Positions 51,313 through 64,000 of a stretch of DNA of 64,000 nucleotides are shown here, in pieces. Origin of the DNA: the human T2T-CHM13v2.0 reference genome, Homo sapiens. Location: assembly GCF_009914755.1 (NCBI RefSeq), contig NC_060927.1; one strand, written 5' to 3'. Under the pieces are notes generated by a model that worked only from the letters and a program-made list of their open reading frames with translations, did no database searches and had not been told where the DNA came from. Both the position numbers and the translations under genes were made by a program. How positions within the stretch are numbered: position 1 is the stretch's first letter; each line of letters begins with the position of its first letter.

Positions 51313-54300
51313 AAAACATTCCCCATGGATTTTCTTATTGTTGTGGAGAAGTTTCCATTTCTTATCACAAGGTAGAAAAAGCAAAAGAACAAAAAACTCT
51401 TGGCAGGATGAAATTAAGTCACTTTCAGAATCTTGTGCTTAGCAGATTAGCCTGAATACAGAAAACAAACTGTTTCTAAGCCAATTATCTGACAAACAAC
51501 TAAATTAATTTCACGCTTCAGCTTATAGGGCTTTATTTGGTCACTGGTAATACTATGCCACTATTTTCTCTCTCTTAAAGCTCAGATATGTCAGTTATAA
51601 GATATCTATTGGTTTATAAGAGCAAGTAAGACTGTTTCAGCAGATTTGGTGGCTAAAGAGAAAACAATTACCTCTTTTGTTTTGCAACTCTGGTGAATAT
51701 TACATGAGATACAACTGACATCAAATATAAAAAGACTGTAAGAAAAGTGCTTCAAAGTATTTTTCAATGTAAGGTTAGTTATGTAGAATACCTTTCTGCT
51801 TTGTTGGCATCACAATAACACAGGGTTCCCTTGTCTGTCACTACCCTCTAAATCCAAGGATTTGATTTAATTGTATTATTATTATCAAAGACTAACTCAT
51901 GTTGGATCTGGAACAAGATTATTTAGAAACAAAGCAGCCCTAGATCCTTGGTAACGTATCAATGGGCCATCCCAAAATACTTCTCTATTACCAATTGAAA
52001 GGGCTGATTCAATTTTTTAAACATGGATTAATACGGAAAAATGGAAGGTAAAAGGGTAAAGCAGCACATAAATAATCCTTCTAACTTTACAGTGATCTTT
52101 CATGAATGGAGGAGGGCTTATTTGCTAGGTAAATGTCACACAAGTGTTGAGAAATAAAAAAGCCAGCAAGTCTTGTTAGACAAACTTCTCCACCAATCCA
52201 CTTTGGGATGTATTCTAGGAGCTACACCATTTTTTTTGTTTGTTTCGGGATAATGACATAAAATGATGCCAGTCCAGGTGAGGTTGCTGCATGCAAATAT
52301 ACTAAACACACTGGAGGTACATTTCTATGCTACATTTTATGGCTACACAGAGACAAGCATTTTATTAATGGCATAGAGGTAAGGCCTTCTGTGTCCCATT
52401 GTTTTATATCTGTGGGGAAAAATGTTATGCTTTTTTTTTCCACGTGCTACGGCAGTTAGTGACTGAGATGGCAGCACCTTATCCAAGGACATTCAAAAAC
52501 ATACAGCACATTTGCCTATAGCAAACTATGGAAAATGTAAGACACGCTCATTAATCAATCCTAATCTCAGCGGAACAGGGTATCATGAGACACTTTTTTT
52601 CTTTCCCTGTTCTTTAATAAGACATTCTCATAAAGAGAATATAGAATTATACAGCTTGAAAGTGGCGTGCCATTAAATGAGATGCAGTGCTTGGGGCTCC
52701 TAATTGCAAAATCGTGAGTTTATACATCACTGTTTTCTAGACGTATTTAAAAAATCAGCACATGTTTTCTCATTTACTCTCACACTTCAGCTAGGATTAA
52801 GGATCAGGATGGAAGCCTGTTTATGTGACCTCTGAAAAGACCATCCAGGAGAAACCACTTTGGATGCTCTACTTTAAAAAGACAAGTAGGCAATGTATCC
52901 AAGGCTTGCTGTCAATGAAATGAAATGGTTGGAAGTTATTTTTGCCCTCCCCTCAATTAGGTGAGCAAACGGTTTATTGAGCATATTGATTAAACTGTTT
53001 TCCATCTTCTCTGCGTTTCTGCAAGCAGCAAAGTGCCTGCAGAATCTATAGGCTGAAACTTCAAATTTTGAAGTTGATAGTTGAAGAAAGAGTTAGTTTT
53101 TTTTTCAATAACGTGAAACAGTTCAATTTTGGATTCACACTGCCAGAATCTGTTTAATGCTTCCTTGTATTTAAGCAATTAGTGTATGCGTTTAAAAATG
53201 TTCCTACGTATAGATTCTTAGCCATTTTAAATTAGGACTTAACCACTGTTTAATTTTAAGCAAATACAGGGTAGGGAAAACATTTTATTAAATACTTCTG
53301 TATTACACTACAAAATCTCTCGTATTTTACAGACAAAATGTGAGACTTAAAGTAATAATTGAATCCTCCTTTTAGGTCATAGATCACATACACATACACA
53401 CACAAAAAAGCACATATTTTCTATGTGGAGAACATATATTTTTTAGAGAATAACAGGAATGCTCTAGCAAATCTGACCTTAAAATAAAAATCTGTCTTTT
53501 GTTTTTCTCCTGAAAATGTATGTGAATTTAGAAATTTCACTTAACTATAATGATTGATTATTTATTGTGTGCAAGTAAAGAAGAATGTAAGTATCAATTT
53601 CCCTGAAGTACATTTCCATGGGAATAAAACTATATGAAAATGTACAAATGTAAAAGGAAAGGTAAAAAGTATTTAAGAAAGATTTTCAAAATGAAGGCTT
53701 ATGCAGAAAGAAAATGTAGTTTAATTTTTCTTCATTTTAGTGAGTTAACAACAATGAATATTCCTATTCAATTCAATTCAACAAATATGTATTGAGTAAC
53801 TATTTATTGGATAGATGTTGGAAATAGAGGAACAAATAAAACACAGGCCTTCTGTCCAGTTACTCATTGTTTAGTTCAAAAAGACATTTGAATACTCTGG
53901 TAATAAACCTGTGACATCAAGTTATCAATTTTTAGTCTTTTGTATTTATTTATATCTTAAACTTGTACTTAAGTGAAACTATTTGCTAGCCCCACTATGA
54001 ATAATAAATTCCAGAAGTTTATTTATATTTAAAAGTAAAAATTATGTGTAACCTCTTCATTTTATGGACTGAATGATGTTTGGGTGTTGGGATTTTTTCC
54101 CCACACAGTGTGTCAGAAAACAATGAAGCTGCAATCTCAATTCTATCTCTTCTGGTGTTCATGATTGGATAAGGCTACTAATTATAGGAGCCAAAAATGT
54201 CAATAGGAGGGAAAACATGAAGAAGCATCATGTTCTGCTTGCTCCCTCATTCGCTACACACAGCTGCATTTAGTCATGATGGACTAATTAGCTCTAGTTA

Positions 54301-54798
54301 CTTTTGTTGTTATTTCAATGGCTTTGCTAGAAGGATAGAAGGAATAGTATGGCAGACAAAAATAATATCTCCTGTATCATCTAAAGACTTAGAGATATCA
54401 TAGCAAGTAATGAGGAATCTACTCTTCCCTGAGATGGCACGATCAAGATGGCATCTTCAAAATAACCAAAAATGAGAAGAAATGTGTAACATGAATAAAT
54501 AAAGTTCTGTATCTATCCCACTGACTTGCATTAAAGGTAGAATCAATACAACTTATGGTAAACAAATGCCATTATAATTTTAAATAGTAAAACATTAAAC
54601 TTTTACTACTTTGCCAATATGAGAATTCTTCACTTAATAAACACTACATTTATTTCCCAGAGAGCTTTGTCCTGTGCATTTTTCAGGAATACTCAAACTC
54701 TCATGTTTTCTCACCATCTCTTATGGATGGAATTCCTAAGAAATTAACTGCAGAAAGATACATTTAGCTTATTAGGTTTTAGGCCAAAGTGATCCCTC

Positions 54799-54835
54799 CC
54801 ACATGGCAATACACGTGGAGTCAAAACCACGTGTA
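54799..54835. promoter_or_regulatory. Palindromic pair of canonical E-boxes (CACGTG x2) with an adjacent CACATG
   Basis: tacacgtgg-agtcaaaa-ccacgtgta. Confidence 0.35.
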
Positions 54836-56164
54836 GACGAAGAAAAAGTGAATGTGTATGGCTCTATTCAGAGGCAACTGGCTAGGACACTATTTTCAGT
54901 GTAAGTCCCATGTTTGGCTTTAATAACAATTACAAGTAGCCGTAAAATGTACTTACTGTGCTATCATTAATTCATGTGGTCAAAATGCTGCTGAGTTGGC
55001 AGATAAGTGCAGCCCAAAGCCTAACTTTCATAACTCTGGTAACGATCAGTGGGGCACACAAGATCTTCAAGTCACATAATTGTGGTGATCTCAGTATGCT
55101 CAGTTCTGGTGGACCATTGCCCATACCACTAAATCAGCATTCACAGCACTATGCACATATGGCACAGCTGGAGTACAGTGGGGGCCCAGGACTTTGTTCA
55201 CTTGGGGGCCAAGTCACTCTTAACCTCCATAAAAGACATCCCTTTAAAGAACAGGGGAAAGGTCATTGCAGCTCATGCCAAGTGTAAAAATAAGAACTAC
55301 AGACAGGAAACACTGTTCAGATGTTGTAGGGCTGTAAGCCTGTTTTATGTCTGCTCTGAGCCCTCTGTAGCTACAGGAGACCAGAGACGTACTCGCCATC
55401 CCCATTTATGCTAGGTCTGCAGCCCAATGGGCCCAGACATTAAAAACAGGAAAAATCCAGGGGCTAATCAGGAATTGCCTGTCTCAAAGGAATGACATGA
55501 AATACTGCAATAGGACATTGTGTGATTGGACTTGTGACTGTGATGTGTTGTTGTGGGTTGTAGATTGAGTGTTCAACATTATGAATGTGTGACACCGAAG
55601 CAGGCTGGAGCATGACTGCATAACTACTTACTCCCAAGTCACCCATAAAATTGAGTTGTGCCTCTCCTGAGAATAGCAGGGAGCAAAAATTATAAATAAA
55701 ATAAATGTTCAGTGTGTCTGAATTAATAAGCATATATTAAGATCATATGTAACTAGAAGAAATAAGAAAACAGAACAACTGAGATTTTCCTCAGTAATAG
55801 GGAAAAATAGGGGAAGCTATTTTTATTATCTAATTGGTAAAAAGGCCCCAATTTTTCTGTCAAAGTTTATAAAAGAAAAATATGCACAGGTTCCAAGCAG
55901 GGGGGAGTGTTGTGTGGTAAATGTGGAAAATCACTCAGTGGGGAAATACATTTCACACACAAGAAGATGCTTATAGACAAAAGTTGAAATAAAAACCATA
56001 TTAAATGGTGTGATTTTTAAGGTACTTTTTCTTTATTAAACTAAAAATTATAACTAGTTTTGTGAGTAAACTTATATCATAGTTTATTTAGTTTGGATCA
56101 CCAGATAACCAGTCTGTCAGTAATATTTATTCATCTCCATGCAAACTCTATTTTTAGCAACTGA

Positions 56165-56352
56165 CCTACCTTCCTTCCTTCTTTCCTTTCTTCTTTCCTT
56201 CCTTCTTTCCTTTCTCCTTCCCTTCCTTCCTTTCTTTTCCTTTCTTCTCTTTCCTTTCCTTTCCTTCCTTCTCTCCCTTTCCCTCCCTTCCCTTCCCTTC
56301 CTTCCTATCTTTTATTTTCTTTTTTTATTTCTTTTTTTACCTCTTCTATCCT
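56165..56352. repeat. Polypyrimidine simple repeat (TTCC)n/(CTTT)n
   Basis: Directly visible tract of about 185 bp, nearly all C/T. Confidence 0.95.
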
Positions 56353-57224
56353 TAAAATTGGCAAATGGATTTAAGAGACTTTTAAAATTAAAGACTATAT
56401 ATTTTTTCTGTCATTCAGGGGTATGAACTCAGAACTTGGGAGCATGGGGAGGATTGGGTACTAAAATTGTAAACGATGTATGTATTTTTTTAAACTGTGG
56501 ACATTACCTTTCATGTTGACATACATGAAAACAGCCATTCATCCAATGGATGCCAAGGCAGAGATGAAGGTTTATGATACATTTGCCATTTTAGCAAGCA
56601 TGTGCTTCAAAATGCTTTAGCCACACCATGAAGTTGTGAGGGACAGATACATATTTATTAAAAATTATTTTCCCCACATAAGTTCACAGACTTATGAAAT
56701 GTGTATGTATTTTTTTGTGAGGAAGAGGTAGTTATGAAGCCTTATAACAAGAGACTTTTATGTCAGGTGAAAAATAAAAGATATTCAATCTAGAGTGAAA
56801 TTATAATAAGCATTCATTTTTGCAAAATTTGTTATGATAGCACAGTGGGCCCCTCATGCTCATCTCTCTAGAAGTCTTCCACCCTCAATATGCCCATGCT
56901 GGTGTGTCTAAAGATTTGTTTGATTTCCTTATTTAGATTTATGTAATTTACTCATTGTGTATATTTTTGATTATTTGATCCATTAAGAAATGCATTTCAA
57001 ATCATTGTCACATAAAATACACATCTTTTTATTTGCATTTATATTTTACTTACGGAGGAGAAAAATTGTGCATTGTACCATATACTTATAAAACATACAT
57101 ACATTTACATATATGTAGATATGTGTATACCTCAGTTATGTATATTATATAGATCCATACAATTTAGTGGTCTACTTTTATTTTAACCTTTTATTATTGT
57201 ATTAAAATAATCTTAAAAATTATT

Positions 57225-57375
57225 TCCCCTAATACTTTATTTCACGAATAAAGAAATTAAGGTAGCAATAAGTTAAGTATTTTGGTACTATATCACATTG
57301 CTTATTAGCGGCGGAGAGAAACATCAAAATTCCAGTTCACTGTCTCCTTCATGAGGGCTCTTTTCACTCTTACAT
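57225..57375 (-). mobile_element. MIR fragment
   Basis: tactttatttcacgaataaagaaattaaggtagcaataagttaagta...atcacattgcttattagcggc. Confidence 0.55.
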
Positions 57376-57447
57376 GTTACTTAAATTTTCCTTCAAATTC
57401 AGACATATTTGAAACCATTTCATGTATTGAGGCCCTGAAATTCTCTT

Positions 57448-57672
57448 CTTTTTTTTTATTTTTTTTAAATTATACTTTTAAGTTCTAGGGTACATGTGCA
57501 CAACGTGCAGGTTTGATACGTAGGTATACATGTGCCATGTTGGTTTGCCGCACCCATCAACTCATCATTTACATTAGGTATATCTCCTAATGCTATCCCT
57601 CCCCCAGCCCCCCACCCCCCGACAGGCCCTGGTGTGTGATGTTCCCTGCCCTTTTATATGGCTGTACAGTAT
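57448..57672 (-). mobile_element. Short L1PA6-like 3' end
   Basis: Poly(T), ttatacttttaagttctagggtacatgtgcacaacgtgcaggtttgatac..., C-rich tract. Confidence 0.92.
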
Positions 57673-58285
57673 CTTATTTCTTTCAGTTTGTGACTGAATC
57701 GTAAAGTTCTTTGCAAACTAATGTAATTTGAACAATGATTTTGAAAACTTCAAGATAGATCCTACTTATCTCATGTATATAATTTGGTTCTACTATGTTT
57801 CTTTGGTTCTTTTACAGGCTATCAAGATATATTTTTGAGTACAATGAAAACAGTGAATTTATTTATTTAATCATTATTTCTATGATTAGTTGTATTTTGG
57901 CAATTATAAAATGAATAGCTTGAGAAATATTGGTGTCTTTGACATCACTCTGGAAACAGAGTGACATAATATATGATCACTTTTGTGTTATGTAATAAAC
58001 AGATGTACCTGTCTCTACTTAGTAAGTGTCCTCTGAGAGTCACAATGGTCAGGTCCCACATGACAGAAATGCTACCTTTCAGAATTGATTCTATAATGCT
58101 TCCAGCATCAACAATACAGCAAGATATTTAGAATTTTCATCAGTGACCTAAGTAATATCTTAGAAGCAAGCTTATTGCATTTATTGTTGACAGAAACGGG
58201 ACAGGATATTTCAGAGAGGGAGTGTTTGTTTTCCCCTAGAAAATGGGTCCGGAATTTAAAATGAGCTTAAAGTAAAAAAATATAT

Positions 58286-59013
58286 ATTTTATTTATTTGT
58301 TTTTAAATAATTTCAGCTTTTACTTTAGATTCAGGAGTTACACATGCAGTTTTGTTACCTGAGTATATTGTGTGATGCTGAGGTTTGAGGTACAATTGAT
58401 ACCGTTACCCAGATACTCAGCATAGCACCCAATAGTTAGTTCCAGTGTATATTTATGACCACCTTTATGTCCATAAGTACCCATTGTTTATCTCCCACTT
58501 ACAAGAGAGAACATGCAGTATTTGGTATTATGTTTCCACATTAGTTCACTTAGGATAATGGCCTCCAGCTCCACCCATGTTGCTGTTGCTACAAAGGACA
58601 TGATTTTATTCATTTTTCTGGCTGCATAGCATTCCATAGTGTATATGTACCACATTTTCTTTATCCAATTCACCATGATGGGCAACTAGGTTGATTCCAT
58701 GTCTCTGTTATTGTGAATAGTGCTGCAATGAACATATGAGTAAATCTTTTTTTTTTTTTTTTGGTAAAACAATTCATCTTCTTTTGGATAGCCAGTAATG
58801 GGATTGCTGGCTCAAATTGTAGTTCTGTTTTAAGTTCTTTGAGAAATTTCCAAACCGTTTTCCACAGTGGCTGAACTAATTTACATTCTCACCAACAGTG
58901 TATAAACATTCCTTTTTCTCCACAGCCTTGCCAACATCTGTTGCATTGTTAAGTTTTTAATAATAACTATTCTGACTGGTGTGAGACAGTCTCTCATGCG
59001 GTTTTGATTTGCA
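58286..59013 (-). mobile_element. L1PA16/17-like 3' end
   Basis: ttagattcaggagttacacatgcag...gtgatgctgaggtttgaggtacaattgat; peptide [16 protein letters not shown]. Confidence 0.88.
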
Positions 59014-59395
59014 AGAAATAGATTTTAAATGTAGGATAATATGCATAAGAAAACTTAGAAAATAAGGATTAAAATACATTAAAGCTTTAAAATTTGAAAG
59101 AGGCATCCATCTTTCTGTATACACTTCCAGCTTCTTTTTATCTCTATGTTAAGTTATTACATTACTAATTTTTTAAAAAATGTAAATATTAGCCTGAAAC
59201 CATTTTTATCTGAAAAAAGCCAACTCTCATGAAAAGCAAACCAGAAATAGCAGACTAATTGAGTGCAATACATTTAGTTTCTTTTATAAGAGTGGTTTCA
59301 TGTCATTAGACACATTCTGATTATCTCCAAGAAAAAGATATATTTATTTTCATGGCTAGGTTAAAAAAGGATTGGAATTGCATCAATATTTACTA

Positions 59396-59435
59396 CATTT
59401 TGTGTAGCTACATCAATAAGTAGCTACACAAAATG
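59396..59435. repeat. Perfect 16-bp inverted repeat with 8-nt loop
   Basis: cattttgtgtagctac-atcaataa-gtagctacacaaaatg. Confidence 0.95.
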
Positions 59436-59483
59436 AAAGAAGAGCAGGGTAAAATAAAACAATCTAACTTACTATTTAGTCAA

Positions 59484-60112
59484 GGAAAAAGAAACCAGTA
59501 TATTAAAGGAATGTCTGCACCCATGTATTTATTGTAGCACTGCTCTCAGTTGCAAAGATATGGAATCAAGCTAAATGTTCATATTTGGATGAATGAATAA
59601 AGAAAATGTGCATATATACATAACGGAATACTATTTAGTCATAAAAAGAATAAAATCATGTCATTTGCAGCAACATGGATGGAACTGGAAGTCATTATGT
59701 TAAATGGAATCAGCTAGCCACAGAAAGACAAATAACACACATGGGAGCTATAAAAAAGGTGGGTCTTACAAAGATTTAGTAGAATGGTAGATACTGGAGA
59801 TTGGGCAGGGTGTATAGCTGGGAAGGAGGGGAATGGAGAGAAGTTGATAAATAAGTACAAATATACAGTTAGATAGAAAGGATAAATTCTAATATTTGAT
59901 AGCAGAGTAGGATGACTGTATCTAACAAGGTATTGCATATTTCAAAATAGCAAAAAGTAAGGCCTGGAAATGTTCCTAACATACAGAAATGATAAATACC
60001 TGAGGTAACGGATACCCTAAATACCCTGACTTGATTATTATACATTCTATAAATGTAACAAAATATCATGTGTAACCCACAAATACGTATAAATATTATG
60101 TATGAATAGAAA
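59484..60112 (+). mobile_element. L1MA4A/L1MA5-like 3' end
   Basis: catgtcatttgcagcaacatggatggaactgg...ggataccctaaataccctgacttgattattatacattc. Confidence 0.85.
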
Positions 60113-60399
60113 GAGTCAGTTATCATTTAAATGGCTTTGGGTTATCAGAGTCATTTCACTGTTACCATCACTTCAACCTTTGTTTCATAATAATTTGTCC
60201 AAATGGCATGCAGTTGTTTTGTCCTTTAAACAATCTTTATTTGGGACATTTTTCCCTTCTTTTAAACTTCCCATTGTTGACTAAAATAAATTACCATGTT
60301 CTATGTTCCAGTGCCTTGGGACTCTCCAGCCACTTCCTACGATGCCTACTATCTGTTATAATCTTTACATCTACAAATTCTATAATAAAAGATTACTCT

Positions 60400-60870
60400 G
60401 TTGACGCATTTAGCACATATTTATTGACTATATATTCTGTACCAGATTCCTCATATATGAAACAGCAGCATATAGAAGAAATGATCAGACTTGGTGTCAC
60501 AATAACAATTTTTAAATCCTGCCTCTGTCTCTCTTGCAGCATTGGGTATTTTGTTACATCATCTGTGTTTTATTACTCTTATGTGTAAAATGCAGTAGTA
60601 TCATTTTCCCTGAGCATTTGAGGAGGTTAAGTGAGATGAAATATATGAAAGTGCATTATACAGTGCATGGGACATGCTTCATAGTCAATAAATATTAGGT
60701 TTCACTCAATTTGAGGTTAAGTTCTAGAGTTACTAAAATGTATATGACATGCTGCCTGTCGTCAAGACGCTTGCAGTTTAGAAGAGAAGCTCTAATTTCA
60801 ATTCAATAAATGGTGTTTTACCATGGGTCGGTATGCATTATGGAGCATAGAAGAGGAAGCGATAAAACAC
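60400..60870. mobile_element. L2 fragment (antisense) interrupted by a MIR (~60460-60700, sense)
   Basis: L2 tail catttagcacatatttattgact; MIR core tgtaaaatg...gaggaggttaagtgagatgaaatatatgaaagtgc...tcaataaatattag. Confidence 0.6.
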
Positions 60871-62067
60871 GCAGAGGAAATACCTTTGAAATCATATTCA
60901 TGTCACTTACACCACTGGTTCACATGCCATTGCATCAGGATCCTCCTCTCCACCACAAACAAACAAATGAACATATTCTAGGTAGCCCTTTGAGCCTCCC
61001 CCAAAATTCAGCAGACTGAATGAGTTCATTTTAGAATGCTCAGCATTCTAACAATTAGATAACTACTGAATAATCCACTATAGGCACCCAAACTGATACT
61101 TTATAAACTAGATAAAAAATAGAATAAAATTATACTACTAGGTTCCCCAGTAAATAGTATTTAAATAGTGAAAACAATATAAATAGTACTGATGTTTGCA
61201 TATAATAAACAACACAACACGGAAGGCTTATCTCTGATAAAAGCAAAATATTAACGTTTTCATCTTGCAAAGGAAAATAATAAAAGTATGTAGATAAGTA
61301 CCAAGATGGAAGAGATGAGAGAGGAGAGCTGAAAAAAGGACAGGTGCAAGAAAACCTCATCTTACAATAAGGAAAGTCAAAAGCTTGTGACTGTTTTTTA
61401 TGTATCAAAAAATGAAATATAAGTATATGATTTACAGTTACAAAGAGCATACTGAAAATTGAGCTAAAAGTATATTAGGAAGGCTTGAGGGAGGTTAGTA
61501 ATTTTTCATATATGAAAGGAAGACTCTGATGGGTCATGTCTTATTAAGTTGATAGATCTAGAATGGCAATAAAACAACAGTTTTAAGATATGTAAGTAAA
61601 GACAATATGAGCAAATTGTTTAATTTTGGATATAAAGACAGAATAATTTGTATTGATCGTTGCACAGAATACATTTGATAACTATATTATGCATATTATT
61701 ATACATTTAATATGTATATTTATGATACATTCACTATTATTTAAAATAATATTGTTTTTCTAAATCTATGTCAATACCAAGTAAAAAAAAGATTTTATAA
61801 AAATTTTTAAAAAGTACTTTTTAGCATTAAGGTTAATAAACATTTATATATTTGAATGTGCTCATTGAAATTAACATTTTGAATAAATAAATGTTAAGGA
61901 ATATCTAATTATATGGTATGTTATTATATGTCATTATATTCTATGATATTTCAATTAGAAAAAATCACTTTTTAATTTCAAAAAATATTTCTAAGATAAG
62001 TTAGCCAACTTTTTTTCTTAATGAGACTGCTACACTAAATATCACTTAAGTCTGGCTTGTGTGTGAC

Positions 62068-62420
62068 TGTGGAGGTCGTAAATAGTGTCTCCCATTTATT
62101 GCTGATTTGCTTTTTTGGCATATGATAATACTTGTGCTTCTTTACCCTTTTGAAGTTTATGAGTGGCTGGATGGCTTGCTTTGGTCACTAGTCTCAGAAC
62201 AAATTAACTATTTGCCATTTCTCTTCAGCTGACTGATGTTATCCTTGTGAAATAAACCTTGGGAAAAAAATCTCCTGATTGATGGAATGGAACATAGCCC
62301 CCAGGAAACCTACAAGGACATATAATGTGAGCAAGAAATATCCTATGGTTGTTTGAAGTTACTGAGCTATAGGGACTCTTTTTTACTGCAGCATAATGCC
62401 ACCTATCATGATGAATAACA
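62068..62420 (+). mobile_element. MLT1J-like solo LTR
   Basis: ggacatataatgtgagcaagaaata...gttactgagctatagggac...ttactgcagcataa. Confidence 0.7.
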
Positions 62421-62591
62421 TAAACCCAAAGTTTTCCGTGTTTTAGGGTCATCTTTGTTATATTATTTCCATGTAAAGATCATTGACATGATAGCTCTAG
62501 ACAATTATGTATAAACACCACAATCTAATATGGAAAAAATCTTAACAATAATCCATAATTCAGTCTGTATCATATTTTCTGCCTCTCTTTC

Positions 62592-62657
62592 ATATCTCAT
62601 GTAACTTATAAAAATGTACACCTATGTACCCATAAAAAATAAAATATAAAATAAAAG
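62592..62657 (+). mobile_element. Extreme 3' tip of an L1MA element
   Basis: atctcatgtaacttataaaaatgtacacctatgtacccataaaaaataaaa. Confidence 0.65.
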
Positions 62658-62889
62658 TAGTTAATTGGAAAAATTAAAGAAAATATATGTGTAAGACTTT
62701 GGTTTTTTGAATGTTGACCAATATGTATTTTGCTATAATCTTATTTAAGTTTGATGAGCTAAGTGTATATTATTTAAGTGAATTAAGATCATTACCTGAG
62801 GTAAAGTTGATCAAATCTACTATTGATGTAATGTATATAGAATTCAGAAATTAGACAAATATTCAAGAATTGTTTTTGGGGAAGCTATT

Positions 62890-63025
62890 TTATCTAGCCC
62901 TTTCATTTTATAGATGAAGATAAAGGAAACAATATGATTTTTAAAAAATCACTTAGAAAGTGTGTGACAGAATTGAGGTTAGAAGCCAGTTCCCTTGACT
63001 TTTGGTTCAATTTCTTTCCATTATT
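62890..63025 (-). mobile_element. MIR fragment
   Basis: ttcattttatagatgaagataaagg...gtgacagaattgaggttagaagccagttcccttgact. Confidence 0.6.
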
Positions 63026-63250
63026 GTTTCTAACATATGTTAGACATTTTACCATACAGTCAAAGATTGTATGGTTCAGTATAATGTAAATTCACAAGTT
63101 ATTTTTCTTATTTAGGGATTTGATTAAGTCACTTCTAGTATATTAGTTATTTTTTTTTCCTGATTGTTTACAAAGGCAATGGACATAGTTTGCTTTAAAA
63201 ACTATCATCAAATAAAAATGTGAACTCAGATACATTTTTTAAAAGCACCA

Positions 63251-63449
63251 TAAAGGGGAACAGCACACACTGGGGCCTTTGAGGAGAGAGGGTGGGAACG
63301 GGGAGAAGATCGGGAAAACTAACTAATGGGTACTGGGCTTAATACCTGGGTGAGGAAACAGTCTGTACTACAAACCGCCATGACAGAAGTTTACCTATGT
63401 AACAAACCTGCACTTGTACCTTGAACTTAAAATCAAAGTTAAAAAAAAA
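63251..63449 (+). mobile_element. Short L1PA13-like 3' end with poly(A)
   Basis: aactaatgggtactgggcttaatacctgggtga...aacaaacctgcacttgtaccttgaacttaaaat; TSD aaaagcacca / aaaagcagca. Confidence 0.9.
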
Positions 63450-64000
63450 AAAAGCAGCAGAAGTGTTTCCAGTTTTGCATACCATCTAGTATAGGCAGAA
63501 CTAAATTTCCTTGTACAGAGGAAAATGTCTTGCAAAGAAAAAGGCTTCCTGGAAGTCAAATAGTTTTGCACAACAAGTTTCATGAGCTAAGTGTACATTA
63601 ATCAGAAACATCTGAATTAAATTTTCCTTGAAATATACATAAAATGAAGAGGAACTGTGGTTTGCAGATTGTGTTTCAGGTTCTATTCTAACATTTTTCC
63701 AGCCTCAAATAGTACCAGTTTTTTCATTCCTACTTGGGAGTTTATAAAAATGCTTAGTAGACCACAGAATAAAACCGAATTCATCAGAAATCCAGTACAA
63801 ATATGAGATAGATAATAACATAACCTTACCTAACTCTTCCTCTTCATATAAAGTATTAGAGCTGAGATTTTTAAAAGGTTGTTATGAAGACTAACTCTTA
63901 ACTATTTGAGGGACAAGAAACAATCATCATGAGGGTAAATATCAGAAGTTATTTTCGTAGTCTGATATGCTAACTTTCATTATATGGAACTCAGAGCTGG

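Overview
This is AT-rich primate (probably human or great-ape) genomic DNA, judged from its AluY/S/J, L1PA, L1M, THE1, MLT, MIR, L2 and MER3 repeats. I find no intact protein-coding gene, RNA gene or CRISPR array; the ORF track consists of decayed L1, Alu and MaLR fragments or chance ORFs. The first ~33 kb is a nested retrotransposon pile. It holds a 5'-inverted L1PA, two convergent near-full-length L1MA elements that each carry a complete THE1D-type MaLR provirus, an old 5'-inverted L1MB-like element with its target-site duplication (TSD) intact, and a tail-less AluY. The last ~30 kb has more unique sequence. It contains a good 135-nt candidate exon (34939-35073) and several transcription-factor motif clusters (POU/FOX/CRE at 35.7 kb, RBPJ/AP-1 at 40.9 kb, a palindromic double E-box at 54.8 kb). 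The most unusual directly visible signals are small repair scars. Two insertions can be matched to templates 1.2 and 2.5 kb away inside the window, and there are several fold-back hairpins. Repeat subfamily names come from remembered consensus motifs and need RepeatMasker/Dfam confirmation. I see no evidence for a new multi-gene system.
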